Of a DNA stretch of 64,000 bases, positions 18,184-26,605 are shown one piece after another. The stretch covers positions 35-64,034 of IMG/VR virus record IMGVR_UViG_3300037258_000150; one strand, written 5' to 3'. This stretch comes from a virus. Lineage: Duplodnaviria > Caudoviricetes. Every line of letters starts with the position of its first letter. The stretch's first letter is position 1. The translations under genes were made by a program, and so were the position numbers. The notes under the pieces are model-generated. The model saw only the letters and a program-made list of their open reading frames with translations, had not been told where the DNA came from and made no database searches.

Positions 18184-20097
18184 TCACTGTGCCGCTCCAA
18201 CACTGTTGACGGTCTGACCCGCGCGCGGCTGCGCGTTCAGCCCAAAGTCGTTCACCGGGTTGATGCTTGCCGCGATTGCTGCCGCGATGGCAGCGCTGCT
18301 CGTGCCGAGCCGGATATCGCTATTCGGGAAGGTCGCGTTGTTCAAGAACTTCGGGTCAGCATAGATCTTGCTCGTACCGCAGCTCGCCGTGCCGGACGTC
18401 CAGCGTCCCTGGTAGTCGAAGCATAGGTTATTGGTCGCCGTCATGCCGCCGATCGAGCCGATGAAGTTCGAGACGAAGCCGCTTGTACCGGGGCTGAAGA
18501 CGAATATGTTGTTCGTTATCGTGAACGTGCCAACAGAGTTCGCGCCCTCATTGGCAATCTGAGCGATATAAGGGCCGCTGGTGTCAGAGTAGCCGTTCAT
18601 GAAGGTGTTGTTCTCGACGCGCACGGTTCCAGTATTGTCGCTGCTGCCGTCAAGCTCAAACGCCTCTCTAACGCTGCCGATCGCCACGTTATCCCACCAC
18701 AGGCTAGGTCCACCGGCGTTGCTCCACCCGTCCATCTTCATTACGTATTTAGCGGAGTGTTCAGACCAGTTGTGGTGCACCTCGACGTCATGGAAGCCGG
18801 TGGAACCCTCCTGGTGAAATTGGATGCACTGTCCGGTCTCGCAATTGATGATGACGTTGAAGCCGATCTCTACCCAGGCGGCATCGGTAACGCTCGTCGT
18901 GCCGTCCATGTAGATGCCGTGATTCTCCAGCGATGACGGATCGCCCCCGGAGATGTTATGCACATAGTTGCCCATAATCGCGACGTGATACCCATTGCCG
19001 ACGATACCACCAGCCTTCTGATGCGCCGCCCCGGTGCTGGTCGAATTCCACTGTACGTTCAAATTGACGAAGCGCGTGAAATCGGCGGCGTTTTGGAGAT
19101 TGAAGTTAGACGCGTCGGTCGAGCCGGGGCTGCCAGTGCAGTCCGAGCGCATATTGGAGACGGTCCAGTACTGGCCGTCAGTCGTCCCACCCGACCCGCC
19201 ACGGGCATGCTGGCTGTCCGTCCCCATGAAGCCACCCTCGCCGCCGGCCGGCGTCAGGATATAAACATCCTCTGGAGTATTCCCATTGATCGGTCCGGGG
19301 TAGCTCGTGAAGGCGAAGTAGCCGGTACCGATCGTGCCGGTCGGCGCGGTTCCCCCTTGAGTGTGAAACCGCAGCAGACGATTGTCGTATCCGACTTCAT
19401 CAGAGATCGGCGTACCGCTATTGCCCCGAATGATCTCCGAATCCCCAGGCCCGATGGTCGCCCAGACTCCGGTGAACGTGCTGCCGCCATTGGCGTTTTG
19501 AAGGTAGCGATACGGGTGGGTGATATCGTCCACCACACCGGTCGAGTCATTCCCATTGACCGTATCGACGAAGTAGAAATGCCCAGGCTGGATGACGAAG
19601 TTGAACGGATTCCCGAGCACATCCGTGGTGTTCGCCGCGACACCGTTGACGGTGAGGCCGATGGTGTACGTCGTGCCGGGAGTGAGCGCCTTGACCGCCG
19701 CCGAGCCGATCTGCACATTCAACGCGTCAATGGCAGCGAAGCCAGGTCGAATCCCGTTCGTCACCGCCGGCACGAGATAGCGGCAGTTCGCTATAGGAGC
19801 GCCGCCGATGGTCACCTGCGCGCCGGCTGAGGTGCACATATCGGCAGCCGAGCCGAGATTCTCCCCGTAGAGGGTGAGGTATGACCCGTCGCCGAATTCC
19901 CCGTTTGTCGCACTGCCTGAGACGATGTCGGTGTAAAGCAGTACGGGTGCCGAGCCGCCCCCACCACCAGAGAGCGCGATAATGCTGCCGCCGGCTGCGA
20001 CAACACTCGAACCGGACAGCAGGACCTGCGCGCCAGCGAGCGTCGTTAAGAGGAAAGTTGCCGCGCCCAGCAGCAGTTGTTTAAGCGTCACTTTCAC
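18184..20097 (-). CDS. Signal-peptide Ig-like plus right-handed beta-helix (depolymerase-like) protein
   Basis: MKVTLKQLLLGAATFLLTTLAGA-Q; LTLYGENLG; FVDTVNGNDSTG; Asn ladders GNYVHN, HGIY, ENNTF. Confidence 0.78.
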   Translation of the reverse strand: MKVTLKQLLLGAATFLLTTLAGAQVLLSGSSVVAAGGSIIALSGGGGGSAPVLLYTDIVSGSATNGEFGDGSYLTLYGENLGSAADMCTSAGAQVTIGGAPIANCRYLVPAVTNGIRPGFAAIDALNVQIGSAAVKALTPGTTYTIGLTVNGVAANTTDVLGNPFNFVIQPGHFYFVDTVNGNDSTGVVDDITHPYRYLQNANGGSTFTGVWATIGPGDSEIIRGNSGTPISDEVGYDNRLLRFHTQGGTAPTGTIGTGYFAFTSYPGPINGNTPEDVYILTPAGGEGGFMGTDSQHARGGSGGTTDGQYWTVSNMRSDCTGSPGSTDASNFNLQNAADFTRFVNLNVQWNSTSTGAAHQKAGGIVGNGYHVAIMGNYVHNISGGDPSSLENHGIYMDGTTSVTDAAWVEIGFNVIINCETGQCIQFHQEGSTGFHDVEVHHNWSEHSAKYVMKMDGWSNAGGPSLWWDNVAIGSVREAFELDGSSDNTGTVRVENNTFMNGYSDTSGPYIAQIANEGANSVGTFTITNNIFVFSPGTSGFVSNFIGSIGGMTATNNLCFDYQGRWTSGTASCGTSKIYADPKFLNNATFPNSDIRLGTSSAAIAAAIAASINPVNDFGLNAQPRAGQTVNSVGAAQ

Positions 20098-20109
20098 GCG
20101 GCTCCCCTA

Positions 20110-23100
20110 TCAGGAGGCGCCGCACATGAACCCGATGACATCCCCGGACACAATCGTGCCGCCGAGTGTCGCGCTGGTCGAGGTCCAGGTCGTCTGCTGG
20201 AACGTGTCGGCGGAGGTCGTCTTATCGAGCGACTTGCAGATCCATATCCCATTGTTGGCCGTGGGTAGCGTGATGACGGCTGTGGATACGCCACTCGTGC
20301 CCGAGCAGACGAAGCTGCCGATGGCCGTGCCACCAGTGAGCGTCGTCGTCGTCGCGCAGGCGCCAGTCCCTGAAGCGATGGTGAACGTAGTCCCGGTGTC
20401 ATCGAGATAGGTGACGGTAGACGCAGCCACCAGTTGATTGGAACTGTTGGACCCCAGAATCAACGCACTCGTCGGTACTGCCGCGCCGTTGACCTTGACG
20501 ACACTCGTCGCCACTGTACCCACGGTCGAGATGACATCGCCAGTGAGCGCTGGCATCTGCGCGGCTGCGAGCGTCCCGGAATTCACCTCACTGGCCGCGA
20601 TGGACTTGTTGGTGAGTGTCTGCGTCGCGGCTAGCCCTGTAGCAGTATCAGTGGCGGCAGGGAGCGTCCAGGTGTAATTGGTCGCGCTCGCATTGGCACT
20701 TGCCAACGCCGTCGTGCCCGTGCTCGATCCTTTGATGAGGATATCGCTGCCGGGGAACGTGTTTGCCGCGCCCCACGTCTGCGCGGTGGTGAGGCCCGCG
20801 ATGGTCTGCGAGGTCGCGGGGAACGTCATCGTCGTCGCGTCGGTGCCGGCAAGAGTGAGGGAGTTCGACACGGTCAATGTCTTGCCGCTCGTCACCGAAA
20901 GGCCGGTGACGCTGGTGGCAGCGATGGTGCCCGTGCTCACCGTAGCGAGACTCGCGCCCGCCCCGACCACCATGGCGGCCGTCGTGTTCGTGCTGCTGGT
21001 CAACGCGCTGAACGCCGTGCTGCCACCGCTGCCGCAATCGGAGCCGGTGCCGGAGACGACGCCCGAAGTGTTGACATGAAGGCACTGCGTGGAGCCCGTG
21101 ATACCCGCAATCGTGAGTGCGTTCTCTACTGCATTGCCCTGATAATTCACACTGAAAACAGAGGTGCCGCCATTGACGTAGAAATCGAAAATGTTTCCCA
21201 CATACGCGCTGGGGAAATTAGCAGCCCACAGCGTACCCCCGGTGCTGAACGTGGTAGGGGCAGTCGGGCCAGTTGGGTTGTAGTAGTTGTACGGCCAAGT
21301 GGTTGTGCCGGTACCCCCGGTAAAGATGGTCCCCTGCTCATATAGCGCAGAAGTGCTTGCCACTGGGTTGTACAAAAGAACCGCGCGGGCGCCAAAACTC
21401 TGAGAGAGCGACCAACTATTGGCCAGGTTGGTTTCAGCGACCTGTCCTGTGTTAGCCGGAAAGCTCGCCGTCGCAGAGCCCAACGCTCCCGTCACAGACA
21501 CCAGCGTCACCGTGCCGCTCGTCGCATTGCCCATTTGTATACTGCCGGCCGTACCCGAGGCCCCGAGCGTCAACGCGCCCGCCGTGATGGACGCGTTTGT
21601 CGTGCCCGACACCGCAGTACCCGTCGAGGCATAGTAGGCGAGCTGCGCTGCCGTGCCGCTATTGACGGTGCCGGAGCCGCCGCCGCCGCCACAGGTCGCT
21701 CCAGAACCGGCGACCACGCCCGAGGTATTCACCTGCAAGCACTGCGTAGAACCGGTGATTGCGGAAAGCGTCAACCCGGAAGCCGTCGCAGCCCCCAGCG
21801 TCGGGGTGGTGAAGGTCGGTGAGGTCGCGAATACGATGTTGCCGGTACCGGTCGCCCCCGCCGCCGTGACGCCGCCAATTGAGATATCGGTGCCGAAGGT
21901 CTGCAACGCGCTGAAGGTCTGCGCGAGGTTCAGCTCCGGGACGGTGCCGGTGTTCGCCGGAAAGGTCGCGGTGTAGTTCGTCGCGCCAGCATCGGAGGTC
22001 GTCAGCGTCACAGCGCCCGTGGATGAGCCCAGGAGGTCGAGGTTGTCGGTCGTCGTGAAGCTCGCGCCGCTCCCCACCACCATGGCGGCGGTGGTATTGG
22101 TCGCGCTGGAGAGAGACGAGAAGGGCAGCGTCGCGGTGGTCGTGCAGCCGATTAGCTGCCCAGAGCTATTGCTCGCGATGCAAGTCTGACTCGCCGGTAC
22201 CGTGGCGCCGTTCACCTGGTCAGCGTTCAGGACCCCGGTGCCGGAGAAGGTGAGCGTGCCGCCGGTGCCCACCGTCATGGTGGCAGTCGTATTGGTCGCG
22301 GTCGTGATGGCGGAGAAGGCCGGCGCGCCCCCGCAGCCGGCGCCTGAACCCGCCACGACGCCGGAGGTGTTCACCTGAAGGCACTGAGTGGAGCCTGTGA
22401 TCGAGGAGAGGGTGAGCCCCGAGGCCGTGGCAGCGCCGAGGGTCGGGGTGACGAGCGAGGGCGACGTGGCGAAGACGACGGCGCCCGCGCCCGTTTCACC
22501 CGTCACGGCGGCAGCGAAGTTCGCACTTGACGGGGTGGCCAAGAAGGTGGCGACGCCCGTGCCGAGGCCTGAGACGCCAGTCGCGATGGGCAAACCGACC
22601 AGGTTCGTCGCGGTGCCGCCGGAGGGAGTGCCGAGTGCACCCCCATTGACGACGGGCGCGCCGGCCGTGCCGACGTTGATGGCGAGCGCGGTAGCGACCC
22701 CAGTGCCAAGGCCGGTGAGGCCTGAGAGCGGAGAACTGGTGGCGGTGATCGTGCCGGAGCCGGTCGCGGCGAGACTCGCGCCGGTGCCGACTAGCATGGC
22801 GGCGGTGGTGTTGGTGCTGCCGGTAAGGGCGCTGAATGCGGTCGCGCCGGTCGCGCTCGCAGTGATGGTCTGATTGGGCCAGGAGCCGGTGATCGTGACG
22901 TTGGTGCCGGCGACGAGACTTGGAGTGGTAGTACCGGAGCCGCCACTGGTCACTGCCAAGGGCGTCGCTAGCACGAGAGTCGGCATCGAAATGGCAGATA
23001 CCCCGCTGGAACCAGTGTGGTTAAACAGCAGGCTGCTAGTTGGATTGGTACCAGTTCCTATTTGATCTTGTATAGACCAATTATCAACAGCTGAAGCCGA

Positions 23101-23934
23101 CCCAGTCCAATACGTGCCGGCTATATTCACAAGAGGCGAAGAAAAATTGCTCCCCGAGGTTGCCGCGATGAATGTAGCAAAGTGCTGTGAGAGAGGCCAA
23201 TTGGGGCTAATAACACTCGTCGGTATGAGATTGGTTGCGCTATAGCTAACATCCCAAGCTGAACCAGTGGAATTGGCTATGCCGACGCCGGGATATACCA
23301 TGCCCCCACCGCCAGTCGCATTCACCGTCTGATTGGGCCAGGCCCCAGTAATCGTGACGTTCGTCCCCGCAACCAAACTCGGCGATGCCGTCCCAGTGCC
23401 GCCGTGCGCGACCGGCAGCAATCCAGTCACCCCAAGCGTAAGGTCCAACTGCCCGAAGACCGCCGTCCCCGAGGAGCCATCCGACAGCAGCGGATACCCC
23501 AGAGTCCCCAGCGCGATGCCGCCGAACGTACCGGAATTGTTGTACTGGAGCTCGAAATTGGAACCACCGGGAGAGCCGCCGCCGGGGCAGCTTCCCCATG
23601 AGCCAAGGCCTGCGGTCGTGGTAGAGAGGAAGCACTGCGAAGGTGTTGTGGTTGTCGGCCCCGTCACAAATTCCGATGCCGTCGCCGGAATGGTGACGCC
23701 GCCGATGCTCGTCACCCCGGAAATCATCGAACTGAAAGCCGGGTAGCCCGTCGAACCGTTCGAGACGTAGGCCTGACCCGCACTCCCGGGCCCGATCCCG
23801 TAGCAATGGGTCGGGTCACTGAAGCTACAGGTCTGGTACTTCGTCTGCGCGAGCGCCTGGTGCGGGTGCGCGAAACTGCCCACGATGGCGAGAGCCAGGA
23901 GAAGGAGGGGGCGCCTCCAGAGATCAATGTTCAA
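20110..23934 (-). CDS. Large repetitive tail-fibre-like protein with signal peptide
   Basis: TTG overlapping the upstream TGA gives MNIDLWRRPLLLLALAIVGSFAHPHQALA-Q; phage fibre motifs LPVAHGGTG, GLGTGVATFLATPSSAN, VFATSP.L.TP.LG, TQTLTNK. Confidence 0.8.
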   Translation of the reverse strand: MNIDLWRRPLLLLALAIVGSFAHPHQALAQTKYQTCSFSDPTHCYGIGPGSAGQAYVSNGSTGYPAFSSMISGVTSIGGVTIPATASEFVTGPTTTTPSQCFLSTTTAGLGSWGSCPGGGSPGGSNFELQYNNSGTFGGIALGTLGYPLLSDGSSGTAVFGQLDLTLGVTGLLPVAHGGTGTASPSLVAGTNVTITGAWPNQTVNATGGGGMVYPGVGIANSTGSAWDVSYSATNLIPTSVISPNWPLSQHFATFIAATSGSNFSSPLVNIAGTYWTGSASAVDNWSIQDQIGTGTNPTSSLLFNHTGSSGVSAISMPTLVLATPLAVTSGGSGTTTPSLVAGTNVTITGSWPNQTITASATGATAFSALTGSTNTTAAMLVGTGASLAATGSGTITATSSPLSGLTGLGTGVATALAINVGTAGAPVVNGGALGTPSGGTATNLVGLPIATGVSGLGTGVATFLATPSSANFAAAVTGETGAGAVVFATSPSLVTPTLGAATASGLTLSSITGSTQCLQVNTSGVVAGSGAGCGGAPAFSAITTATNTTATMTVGTGGTLTFSGTGVLNADQVNGATVPASQTCIASNSSGQLIGCTTTATLPFSSLSSATNTTAAMVVGSGASFTTTDNLDLLGSSTGAVTLTTSDAGATNYTATFPANTGTVPELNLAQTFSALQTFGTDISIGGVTAAGATGTGNIVFATSPTFTTPTLGAATASGLTLSAITGSTQCLQVNTSGVVAGSGATCGGGGGSGTVNSGTAAQLAYYASTGTAVSGTTNASITAGALTLGASGTAGSIQMGNATSGTVTLVSVTGALGSATASFPANTGQVAETNLANSWSLSQSFGARAVLLYNPVASTSALYEQGTIFTGGTGTTTWPYNYYNPTGPTAPTTFSTGGTLWAANFPSAYVGNIFDFYVNGGTSVFSVNYQGNAVENALTIAGITGSTQCLHVNTSGVVSGTGSDCGSGGSTAFSALTSSTNTTAAMVVGAGASLATVSTGTIAATSVTGLSVTSGKTLTVSNSLTLAGTDATTMTFPATSQTIAGLTTAQTWGAANTFPGSDILIKGSSTGTTALASANASATNYTWTLPAATDTATGLAATQTLTNKSIAASEVNSGTLAAAQMPALTGDVISTVGTVATSVVKVNGAAVPTSALILGSNSSNQLVAASTVTYLDDTGTTFTIASGTGACATTTTLTGGTAIGSFVCSGTSGVSTAVITLPTANNGIWICKSLDKTTSADTFQQTTWTSTSATLGGTIVSGDVIGFMCGAS

Positions 23935-24308
23935 GAGGTGACTCCTGGGGATACCGTCACGGCGCCACTTAGGAACCGCGTGACACCCCCTGACGGATCG
24001 GTGAGCAATAGGTCGTAAACGCCAGACCACCAGGTGAACCCTTCGGTCGTCGCGGCGGGAATCGCGAGCGTGATCGTCCCGGCAGCGCCGCCCAAGGTGA
24101 TATCAGGGCTCGCGTCATAGAGCACGGTCGGCGACAGCGCGAAGGCTCGAATTTGCATGGTCGCCGTCCAGCCGGTGAGGTCCACCGGGGTCGGCGCGGC
24201 GCCCGCTGGTCCGCCGGGAACGGGCAGTGTGGTCCAGGTGAGGACTTTGGTCAGGGTCGCGCCCTGGGCTACACAAAGGTCATAGGTCGGGGTGCAGCAG
24301 CCACTCAC
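23931..24308 (-). CDS. BppU-N/LtfC-like Ig-fold fibre adaptor protein
   Basis: QGAT...PVDLTGWTATMQIR...GTITL.I...T.....GVYDL......VTRFLSG.VTVSP.VT. Confidence 0.8.
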   Translation of the reverse strand: MSGCCTPTYDLCVAQGATLTKVLTWTTLPVPGGPAGAAPTPVDLTGWTATMQIRAFALSPTVLYDASPDITLGGAAGTITLAIPAATTEGFTWWSGVYDLLLTDPSGGVTRFLSGAVTVSPGVTS

Positions 24309-26605
24309 GTGGACGGTCTCCCTGAAATCTCGAGCGCGCGGCGAATGGTCTCATCGGGGAAGTGAAGGAGTGGCTCGGTCGTTTTGTTGGATGCTTTTCG
24401 AGCGCTGTGCCAGCGGTCGAGGAGGCGGCTGACTAGGACCTCGTGGTCGACTTTGCCACCGGAGGTGCGCCCGCCAGCGGGCGGCGTTGCTCCCATGTCT
24501 ATACCAGCTCCTGGCGCAACCGCCTCTTGCGCGAATTTAAGTTTCGCTGCCTTCAACGCTGCCGCCGCCTTTGCTTCTCTTGCGTTCTTCAGGAGTCCGG
24601 AGCCTATTTTCTTAACGGCATAACCAACCGGTCCGGTGTGCGCAGCCCCGACATCGGCCGCATAATCTGCCAGTGTACCGGCGACTCCAGGGCTAGACGG
24701 AGCCGGCGGCGCCCCGAATCTTTGCAGCGTCAACGCGGTGTTTGATCGATTGACGGTTGCGGCCTTACCTTCGTCGTTCACATATCCGGATACTCGCTTT
24801 AACTGATCGGTCGATTCTGCGCTCTGAGGACTCATCAGAACGTCCGCCTTATTAACCATGGCATTACGTGCGTTGCGATAGGAGTCATTACGGAATGATC
24901 CACTGTCGAACTCATCTAGACCAGCGGAGTTACGAAGTTTGTTGAGCGCGGACGCTTCCACAGCTTGAGAGAAATCCGGATTCGACCCCAACAGCGTTTG
25001 CATACGAGCCACATAGGCTCTTGACGCGGTTTGGCCATTCCCGAGGAAATAGCGATCCATGAATGTGTCCGCCAGTGGCGACGGAACGCCGATCACATGC
25101 AGCCCGTTTGGACCCTTCGGCACGTTGTCATTTATCGCAGCCTCATAGGCCGGATTTTGCTCGATAGTGGAGAAGCGCGCTTTAGCAGCCTTGCGCGCTG
25201 TGTCAGCCAGACCCTTGAGATTCGACGCCTCATCTGACAGCGGCATATTCTCAAGTTCATTGCGCACGATCTCAGCCGCCTTGGCATCCGCTGGCGCCGC
25301 TCCGCGTTGAACGCCAGCGAGGTTGGTGCGCGCGTTCTCGAATGACTCAAACGACATCGGTTGGCCAGATGTGATGCCATCCATGATCTCGGAAATAACT
25401 GGATTTTGAGCGGCCGTCTTCGTCAGAAACCCTTTCGAGAGCGCCGCCGTTATAGAGTCGGCAGCTGTGCCGGTGTCAATCGGCATCGCTCCTGCGTTCT
25501 GATCCGCTAGGGCCTTATACTTGGTCCTGATGTCCTTGACGGCTTCATTGTCCTGACTCTTGATCGCGTCAACAGCCGTCTGGCCATGCTCGGGTGTGGA
25601 TCGCTGTACGATAGCTGGCGTAGCGCGCGTACGAATCTCGCCCATCGCCGCGCCAAGTTTCGCATTCTGGTCCGTGATAGATTTAGATAAGAGGCCCTGT
25701 GTGTCAGGATCTGCTCGCAGGTTCTTCTCGTCAGATATTTGTTGGGCATCGCCAATGGCCTGCCCTTTGCGCAACTGTAGCGGCTGCATACCATCCGGCA
25801 ACGGTAGAGTTTCAGCATCTATTTGCCGGAGAAGCGCATCGTGATTGATGTTCTTTGCATTCGCTACGACGTCCTTTAGTTCGGGTGACGTTCCGACAAG
25901 AGATGGCGCTGTAACAGCGGCCCCTACGTTCCCTTTCGAGGCGGCAACCTGAGCCGCGAGATTCTCCTCAGCTGTGGGAGTCGCAGACTTCAGCACCTCT
26001 TCGGGCGCTGAGGCGAACGCGCGCTCCACCAAGCCGGTAGCGCCGGCCGCTAGCGGGGCCGCCACTGGGGCGAGTTGCGCGAGATCGCCGCCTATACGCG
26101 TCGCGCCGTGAACGACACTGGCAAGTCCCGGCCTATTCTGCTTGAGGATTTCATCCTGCTCGACAATTCCCTGTCGCACTCGGTCGATATCGCCGGCCAC
26201 AGTAGTGCCACCGAGACCAGGAGCGCTCCCTATTTTCTGAATGAACGACTTGCCTGACTCATTCAATCCCGGGCTGATCGCCGGAGTTTCTGACGGTTCC
26301 CCACGCATGAACCGATACGCGTCCACGGCGGCATTCTCCGCAGAAGCCGGAACGTTTCCTATGGCCGTTCCGAGTACATCACCAACTCCTGCTCCGGTAG
26401 GTCCGGCGAGGTCGCCGCCTACTGCGGACAGGGCATTACCGAATCGCGATGTCGGCGCCGAAGGAGGATGCGGACTCGCTCCTGGTAATGCACCAGGATC
26501 GGCCTGCAACTCAAACCCTGAGGGTAGTCCAGATGATCCAGTTGGTGGTGTGCCTGGATCGTCCTCAAGCTGAAAACCAGCAGGAAGTCCGGAAGTGTCG
26601 CTCAC
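24305..26605 (-). CDS. Putative internal virion/DNA ejection protein
   Basis: Large helical Ala-rich protein with N-terminal LPxGFxL repeats; follows the ejection gene with GTGA coupling. Confidence 0.7.
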   Translation of the reverse strand: MSDTSGLPAGFQLEDDPGTPPTGSSGLPSGFELQADPGALPGASPHPPSAPTSRFGNALSAVGGDLAGPTGAGVGDVLGTAIGNVPASAENAAVDAYRFMRGEPSETPAISPGLNESGKSFIQKIGSAPGLGGTTVAGDIDRVRQGIVEQDEILKQNRPGLASVVHGATRIGGDLAQLAPVAAPLAAGATGLVERAFASAPEEVLKSATPTAEENLAAQVAASKGNVGAAVTAPSLVGTSPELKDVVANAKNINHDALLRQIDAETLPLPDGMQPLQLRKGQAIGDAQQISDEKNLRADPDTQGLLSKSITDQNAKLGAAMGEIRTRATPAIVQRSTPEHGQTAVDAIKSQDNEAVKDIRTKYKALADQNAGAMPIDTGTAADSITAALSKGFLTKTAAQNPVISEIMDGITSGQPMSFESFENARTNLAGVQRGAAPADAKAAEIVRNELENMPLSDEASNLKGLADTARKAAKARFSTIEQNPAYEAAINDNVPKGPNGLHVIGVPSPLADTFMDRYFLGNGQTASRAYVARMQTLLGSNPDFSQAVEASALNKLRNSAGLDEFDSGSFRNDSYRNARNAMVNKADVLMSPQSAESTDQLKRVSGYVNDEGKAATVNRSNTALTLQRFGAPPAPSSPGVAGTLADYAADVGAAHTGPVGYAVKKIGSGLLKNAREAKAAAALKAAKLKFAQEAVAPGAGIDMGATPPAGGRTSGGKVDHEVLVSRLLDRWHSARKASNKTTEPLLHFPDETIRRALEISGRPST

